From contig DATFLN010000044.1 in assembly GCA_035267645.1 (NCBI GenBank), positions 72,879-136,878 on the forward strand: DNA of 64,000 nt, read 5' to 3'. Below the pieces are notes generated by a model. The model searched no databases. It worked only from the letters and a program-made list of their open reading frames with translations, and was not told the DNA's origin. How positions within the stretch are numbered: position 1 is the stretch's first letter; the number at the start of each line of letters is the position of its first letter. The position numbers and the translations under genes are program-made. Below are positions 57,684 to 64,000 of the stretch, one piece after another. This DNA comes from Gemmatimonadota bacterium (GTDB lineage Bacteria; Gemmatimonadota; Gemmatimonadetes; Palauibacterales; Palauibacteraceae).

Positions 57684-59108
57684 ATGACGATGGCTTTCGC
57701 GTCGGCCCGGCGGACGTGCGCCGCCCTCTTCGCCCTCCTCCTCCTCCTGGGAGTCGGCGGCTTCGGCCCCCGCGGCGCCCGGGCCCAGGGGATGAGCCCG
57801 GACACGACCCTCCAGCCGGCCGGTCCGGCGGCGCGCCAGCTCTCGCTGGACGAGGCGCTCGAGATCGCCATGCGCAACAACCCGTCGCTCCGGCGGTCGA
57901 GGGCCGACCTGGACGTGGCGCGCTACCAGCGGCTGGCGGCCTACGGGAACTTCCTCCCGAGCCTGAACGCCGGCTACAGCTACTCCAACTCCAGCGTGGC
58001 CCGGCTCGACCCCACCCAGCAGTCGATCACGCGCACGAGCTACAGCTTCCAGCTCTCGGGCAGCTACGACCTGTTCACGGGGCTGAGGCGCTTCAGCCAG
58101 ATGAGGAGCTCCAACCTCGACGTCCGGGCCCAGCAGGCCAGCTACCGCCAGGCGCGCTACCAGACGCTCCTGGACGTGAAGACGGCCTTCTACAACGCCG
58201 TGGCCAACCGGGACCTGGTCTCGGTCGAGGCGGCACGGGTCAAGCGCCAGCAGGACCAGGTCGACTTCGTGCGCCAGCAGCTCCAGCTGGGCCGGGCCAC
58301 CCGCTCGGACCTGCTCTCCTCCCAGGTGGATCTCAACAACGCCAAGCTCGCGCTCCTGAATGCCAGGAACAGCGCGCGCTCGTCGACCTTCGCCCTGGCC
58401 CAGGCGATCGGGGTAGACGGGCCGGTCGCGCCGGCGGCGGGCGCCACCCTCGAGGTCGACACCCTGAGCTACGACCGCGACCAGATCCAGTCCCTGGCCA
58501 TGAGCCGGGCCCCGAGCGTGCAGAGCGCCCGGGCCTCCTCCTCGGCGGCCAGCGCCCAGGTGGACGCGGCCAAGTCCTCCTACCTGCCCACGCTCTCGCT
58601 CTCGGGCGGCTACTCGTGGCAGGCGCAGGACTTCCCGCCCGGCAACCGGAGCTGGTCGATCCGCCTGAGCGGCTCGATCCCCCTGTTCAACGGCTTCCAG
58701 AGGGAGAGCCAGCTCTTCCAGGCCCGGGCCCAGGCCGACGCGGCGCAGGCGCAGGAGCGCTCGGCCGAGCTCTCCCTCCGCAAGAACGTGGACGACGCGT
58801 ACAACCAGGTGCAGACGGCGATCGTCGGCGCCGACCTGGCCCAGACCAGCGTCGAGCTCAGCCAGGAGAACCTGCGGGTGACCCAGGAGCGCTACCGGCT
58901 GGGGCTCTCCACCATCCTCGACCTCCAGTCCGCCCAGATCAACCTGAACCAGGCGCAGGTGGACCTGGTGCAGCGCCGCTTCGACTACCAGATCGGCCTC
59001 GCACAGCTCGAGGCCCTCCTCGGAGGCGCCCTCCCCGGAACGACTCCGCTTCCCGACGGCAACGTCACGGCCGGCTCGGGTGTTGATGTGGGCGAAGGAC
59101 CGAACTGA
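57684..59108 (+). CDS. TolC-family outer-membrane efflux protein
   Basis: Signal peptide ending ARAQ. Two-fold repeat of coiled-coil/beta segments (LSLDEALEIAMRNNPSLR..., ...YLPTLSLSGGYSW...) typical of OEP/TolC. Confidence 0.88.
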   Translation: MTMAFASARRTCAALFALLLLLGVGGFGPRGARAQGMSPDTTLQPAGPAARQLSLDEALEIAMRNNPSLRRSRADLDVARYQRLAAYGNFLPSLNAGYSYSNSSVARLDPTQQSITRTSYSFQLSGSYDLFTGLRRFSQMRSSNLDVRAQQASYRQARYQTLLDVKTAFYNAVANRDLVSVEAARVKRQQDQVDFVRQQLQLGRATRSDLLSSQVDLNNAKLALLNARNSARSSTFALAQAIGVDGPVAPAAGATLEVDTLSYDRDQIQSLAMSRAPSVQSARASSSAASAQVDAAKSSYLPTLSLSGGYSWQAQDFPPGNRSWSIRLSGSIPLFNGFQRESQLFQARAQADAAQAQERSAELSLRKNVDDAYNQVQTAIVGADLAQTSVELSQENLRVTQERYRLGLSTILDLQSAQINLNQAQVDLVQRRFDYQIGLAQLEALLGGALPGTTPLPDGNVTAGSGVDVGEGPN

Positions 59109-59218
59109 CCGGCCGGACCGAACGGACGGCTCGGAACGGACCCGACGAAGGGACGGGGGGCGCCGCTCCCCGTCCCGCCACGACACCGACATCGGACCGG
59201 GACCCCCCGGGAGACTCT

Positions 59219-60667
59219 ATGATCAGAAGATTCTTCGGCGGTACGGCTCTCGTCGGACTCGTGGCTCTTGTCGCGGCCTGTGGCCAGAGCAAGGCCAGTG
59301 AGACCGCGACCGACTTCCAGACGGCCACGGTGCAGAAGCAGGACATCGTCTCGAGCGTGGAGGCCACGGGCACCATCGAGCCCATCCTGACGATCGACAT
59401 CAAGTCGCAGGCGTCGGGCGAGGTCCTCCAGATGCCGGTGGACATCGCGGACACGGTGAGCAAGGGGCAGCTCCTGGCCAGGATCGATCCGCGCAACGTC
59501 CAGAACGCCTACGACCAGGCCAGGGCGAACCTCGACGTGGCGCAGGCGCAGGCCAAGATCGCGGCGGACCGGCTCGAGCGTTCCCAGGCCCTCGCCGACT
59601 CGGGCGCGATCACGAAGGACGAGCTGCAGACGGCGATCCTCAACGACGCGACCGCCAAGGCCGATCTGGTCAAGGCGCAGACGAACCTCGAGCTGGCCAC
59701 CAAGCAGGTCAACGACGCGACCGTCCGGGCGCCGATGTCGGGGACGATCATCACCAAGGACGTCGAGCCGGGCACGATCATCACCTCCACCAACATGGTG
59801 ACGGGCGGGACCACCCTCCTGCAGATGGCCGACCTCTCCACGGTCCAGGTACGGACCCTGGTCGACGAGATCGACATCGGCCGCGTGAAGCCCGGCCTCC
59901 CGGCGGAGATCACGGTGGAGGCCTACCCGGAACGCGCGTTCCACGGGACGGTGCTCAAGGTCGAGCCCCAGGCCGTCGTACAGCAGAACGTCACGCAGTT
60001 CGCGGTCCTCACCCGGATCGACAACGAGGACAATCTCCTCATGCCGGGGATGAACGCCGACGTCACGATCGTGATCGGACGCCGCGACAGCGTGCTCGCT
60101 CTCCCCAACGCCGGGATCAAGACTCCCGACGAGGCGCGCCAGCTCGTGGACGCGCTCGGGATGGACCCTTCCGTCCTCCACGCCTCCGTGCCCGCGGAGG
60201 GCTCCGGGGCGAGCGCGGCGGCGGCCGGCGACTCCTCCGTCCGTGCGGCCCCGGGCGGCCAGGCGGCAGCGGGCCAGCAGTCCGCGGACGACGACGGCCT
60301 CCCGTCGCCCGAGAAGATCCGGAGCATGTCGCCGGACGAGCGACGGAAGCTCTTCCAGTCGCTGACCGCGGACCAGAGGCGGAAGCTCGTGGAGCGCATC
60401 CGGCGGATGCGCGAGCAGCAGCAGAAGACGCAGTCGAACCCGTCGACGCCCAAGGACGCCTTCGTGTTCGTCCAGAACGCCCAGGGGCGCATCACCCTGG
60501 AGCCGATCCGCATCGGCCTGAGCAGCCTGGACTACACCCAGATCCTGGCCGGCCTGAACGAGGGAGACCAGGTCCTCGAGGTCCCGCTCTCCCTGGTGCA
60601 GCAGCAGCAGCTCCTGCAGCGATTCCGGCAGCGCAGCGCCGTTCCGGGCGTGAACCGCAACAACTGA
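59219..60667 (+). CDS. efflux membrane-fusion (periplasmic adaptor) lipoprotein, HlyD/MacA-like, with C-terminal insert
   Basis: Lipobox LVAAC. Lipoyl/hairpin motifs (SGEVLQMPVDIADTVSKGQLLARID; VRAPMSGTIITKDVEPG). A ~110-aa insert at 60119..60454. Confidence 0.88.
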   Translation: MIRRFFGGTALVGLVALVAACGQSKASETATDFQTATVQKQDIVSSVEATGTIEPILTIDIKSQASGEVLQMPVDIADTVSKGQLLARIDPRNVQNAYDQARANLDVAQAQAKIAADRLERSQALADSGAITKDELQTAILNDATAKADLVKAQTNLELATKQVNDATVRAPMSGTIITKDVEPGTIITSTNMVTGGTTLLQMADLSTVQVRTLVDEIDIGRVKPGLPAEITVEAYPERAFHGTVLKVEPQAVVQQNVTQFAVLTRIDNEDNLLMPGMNADVTIVIGRRDSVLALPNAGIKTPDEARQLVDALGMDPSVLHASVPAEGSGASAAAAGDSSVRAAPGGQAAAGQQSADDDGLPSPEKIRSMSPDERRKLFQSLTADQRRKLVERIRRMREQQQKTQSNPSTPKDAFVFVQNAQGRITLEPIRIGLSSLDYTQILAGLNEGDQVLEVPLSLVQQQQLLQRFRQRSAVPGVNRNN

Positions 60668-60686
60668 GGGGCTGGCGGAGGACGCG

Positions 60687-61895
<1,209 letters not shown>

Positions 61896-61948
61896 CCGCG
61901 GGCCCGCTCCGCGTCGCCGGACGCGCCCCTGCATCCTCCTGCGCTGGA

Positions 61949-61976
61949 AGCCGGGCACGTCCGGCTCTATCTTTGT
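61949..61976 (+). terminator. intrinsic terminator candidate
   Basis: AGCCGG-gcacgt-CCGGCT followed by the T-rich CTATCTTTGT, 54 nt after the permease stop. This is one of very few T-rich tracts in the window. Confidence 0.45.
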
Positions 61977-62013
61977 CGATCGTGCCTAACCGATTCCCCG
62001 AACCCCGACCGCG

Positions 62014-62568
62014 ATGAGCCTTTCAGCCTTCGACACGCTCCCGGACCAGGCGCGGATGTGGTGCTTCGCCGCCGACCGCTATCTCGATCCGACCGAGACC
62101 GCGCGCCTGCTGGACGCCATGGAGGCCTTCCTCGACGGGTGGACCGCCCACGGCGCCGACCTGTCCGTAAGCCTCGGCTGGCGCTACGACCGGTTCCTGC
62201 TCGTGGCCGTCGACGAGAGCGCGGCGGGCGCGTCCGGGTGCTCGATCGACGCCCTCACCCGACGCCTGGGCGAGCTGGAGTCGGAGCTGGGGGTCCGCCT
62301 GCGGGACGCCTCTCCCGTGTGGTTCCGGGACCCGGAGGACGCGGACCGGGTGGCGTGCGCCTCGCGGAAGGAGTTCCGCGACATGGCCGGGAACGGCCGC
62401 GTGGACGGCTCCACGACGGTCTTCGACCTGACCGTGGAGCGGGTCGGGGAGCTTCGCCGCGGCAGATGGGAGCTGCCGGCCCGCGAAGCCTGGCACGCCG
62501 CGCTCCTCCCGGTCCGCGCTCGGGACTCCGCCGCGCGGGCCGGCGGACGCGCGGGCCCGGCCAGCTAG
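62014..62568 (+). CDS. hypothetical protein
   Basis: 184-aa ORF with a normal composition (MWCFAADRYL...FLDGWTAHGADL...GCSIDAL). No catalytic motif recognised. Confidence 0.5.
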   Translation: MSLSAFDTLPDQARMWCFAADRYLDPTETARLLDAMEAFLDGWTAHGADLSVSLGWRYDRFLLVAVDESAAGASGCSIDALTRRLGELESELGVRLRDASPVWFRDPEDADRVACASRKEFRDMAGNGRVDGSTTVFDLTVERVGELRRGRWELPAREAWHAALLPVRARDSAARAGGRAGPAS

Positions 62569-63803
62569 GAACGCGACCGATCGGGCAGCGAGAGGAGGCC
62601 GATCCGCGGCTCGCCGTCGCCCTGTCGGGAGGCGGTGCCCGCGCCGCCTACCAGGTCGGGGTCCTCCGCTACGTCGGACGGCGCTATCCCGACCGCCACA
62701 TGCCCATCATCACCGGCGTCTCCGCCGGAGCGATCAACGCCCTCTATCTGGCCGCCCACCGGGGCGCGCTGGGCGAGTCGACCGCCGGGATGGAGGGCCA
62801 GTGGAGGAGCCTGACCACACCCCGGGTCTTCCGCTCGGACCCCTGGACCCTGCTGACGACGGCGATCCGCTGGGGCTACACGCTAGCCTCGGGCGGGACG
62901 CGCCTGGGGCCCAGGGCCCGAAGCCTCGTGAACACGGACCCGCTGCGGCAGTTCCTGCGCCACTGCGTGGACGCCACCGGCATCGACGAGAACATCCGCG
63001 ACGGGAACCTCAGGGCGGCGGCGGTCTCGGCGACCTCCTTCCAGACGGGCCAGACGGTCACGTTCGTGCAGGCGGGCCCCTCGGTCCAGATGTGGGAGCG
63101 GCCGCACCGGCGCGCGGTGCGGGACCGCCTCACCGTCGCCCACGCTATGGCCTCCTCGGCCCTCCCCCTCCTCTTCCCCGCCGAGAAGCTGGACGGGCAC
63201 TACTACGGGGACGGGAGCCTCCGGCAGTCGGCGCCCCTGGCGCCGGCCGTCCACCTTGGCGCCGACCGCATCCTCGCGGTCTCCGCGCGTTACGAGCGCA
63301 GCGCCGACGAGGCGCGCAGGCCCGTGATCGAAGGCTACCCGCCGCCGGCCCAGGTCGTCGGCCTCCTGTTCAACTCGATCTTCCTGGACACGCTGGACGT
63401 GGACACCGTCCGGCTCGAGCGCATCAACTCGCTCCTGGAGCGGTGCGGCGACGGAGGCGATCCCGCCGGACAGTTCCGGCGCGTGCAGCTCCTCCTCCTG
63501 CGCCCGTCCCGGGACCTGGGCGAGCTGGCCTCCGAGTACGCGGGCCAGCTCCCGCGCACGATCCGCTACCTGGTGGGAGGGCTCGGGAGCCGGGAGGGCC
63601 GCACCTCGGACTTCGTGAGCTACGTCCTGTTCGAGGAGAGCTACCTGGGCCGGCTCATCGAGCTCGGGCAGAAGGACGCGGCCGCGCAGTGGGACAGGAT
63701 CGAGGAGTTCCTGGGCTGGGGCGAGCCCGCGCCCGAGGACGTGGCGCCGGTCCTCGCGACGGGGCCGGACGGGCGAGAGGCCGGCGGCCGGCTCACCTCC
63801 TGA
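62466..63803 (+). CDS. patatin-like phospholipase
   Basis: Oxyanion-hole motif ALSGGGARAAYQVG, nucleophile GVSAGA (GxSxG), and Asp dyad YGDGSLR. The only canonical in-frame start upstream of the GGG motif is ATG 62466 (103-nt overlap with the preceding gene), so the start is uncertain. Confidence 0.75.
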   Translation: MGAAGPRSLARRAPPGPRSGLRRAGRRTRGPGQLGTRPIGQREEADPRLAVALSGGGARAAYQVGVLRYVGRRYPDRHMPIITGVSAGAINALYLAAHRGALGESTAGMEGQWRSLTTPRVFRSDPWTLLTTAIRWGYTLASGGTRLGPRARSLVNTDPLRQFLRHCVDATGIDENIRDGNLRAAAVSATSFQTGQTVTFVQAGPSVQMWERPHRRAVRDRLTVAHAMASSALPLLFPAEKLDGHYYGDGSLRQSAPLAPAVHLGADRILAVSARYERSADEARRPVIEGYPPPAQVVGLLFNSIFLDTLDVDTVRLERINSLLERCGDGGDPAGQFRRVQLLLLRPSRDLGELASEYAGQLPRTIRYLVGGLGSREGRTSDFVSYVLFEESYLGRLIELGQKDAAAQWDRIEEFLGWGEPAPEDVAPVLATGPDGREAGGRLTS

Positions 63804-64000
63804 CCCACGGGCTCGGAGCCGTCGGAGGCATCCGGAGGGCGTTGTTGAAGGCGTTGAAGTACGTGAACAGCCCCACCACGAGCGCGATCTCGACCACCTC
63901 CCCCTCGTCGAAGTGATCCCGCAGGCGGGCGAACGTCTCGTCCGGCACCGCCCTCGAGTCACGCACCATCGCGTCGGCGAACGCCAGGGCGGCGGCCTCC
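63793..64000 (-). CDS. carboxymuconolactone decarboxylase/AhpD-like family protein (3' part only; gene runs off the window)
   Basis: The reverse frame reads ...ALAFADAMVRDSRAVPDETFARLRDHFDEGEVVEIALVVGLFTYFNAFNNAL..., typical of the CMD family C-terminus. Stop at 63793..63795, convergent with and overlapping the patatin 3' end. Confidence 0.5.
   Translation of the reverse strand, partial: EAAALAFADAMVRDSRAVPDETFARLRDHFDEGEVVEIALVVGLFTYFNAFNNALRMPPTAPSPWVRR

Noticed and set aside
62466-63803. Patatin-like lipase as a CBASS or other anti-phage effector
   Set aside because: The neighbourhood has no cyclase/nucleotidyltransferase, no sensor, and no other defence-associated gene. Evidence is insufficient.

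Overview
Very GC-rich bacterial chromosomal window. Third codon positions are almost all G/C, so all six frames carry long spurious ORFs, and I kept only frames with recognisable motifs or non-degenerate composition. The organism is diderm: it encodes TolC, OMP-like barrels and lipoproteins. I suspect something Gemmatimonadota-like but cannot confirm that without a search. About 60 genes are packed in long co-directional strings, many joined by ATGA/GTGA overlaps. I saw no rRNA, tRNA, CRISPR array, transposase or integrase. Main modules: (1) an SOS mutagenesis cassette, imuA-imuB ... dnaE2, split by two envelope genes, with a near-identical 22-nt tandem-repeat element 5' of both imuA and dnaE2; (2) cell-envelope genes: NlpC/P60, PBP4, PBP1A overlapped by a TPR lipoprotein, and an ECF sigma/anti-sigma pair whose anti-sigma and neighbouring exported protein share a CBM48-like domain; (3) a molybdenum/CO-dehydrogenase island: moeA, fused modBC, an xdhC-mocA-SBP-CDF string, a form II (AYRGAGR) coxSLM-like cluster, and a form I (AYRCSFR) coxMSL cluster followed by an XdhC-YHS fusion, coxD and coxE, with divergent coxG; (4) etfBA, nfo and a VOC enzyme; (5) a second ECF sigma/anti-sigma unit followed by a CpxP-like protein, TolC, a membrane-fusion protein with an LTxxQ-like insert, and a MacB-type permease with no ATPase gene; (6) a patatin-like lipase. 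The most interesting items are the candidate SOS operator, the XdhC-YHS fusion in the form I cox cluster, the paired CBM48 sensor module, and the ATPase-less, ECF-linked efflux operon. All family assignments come from reading motifs by eye; no database search was run.
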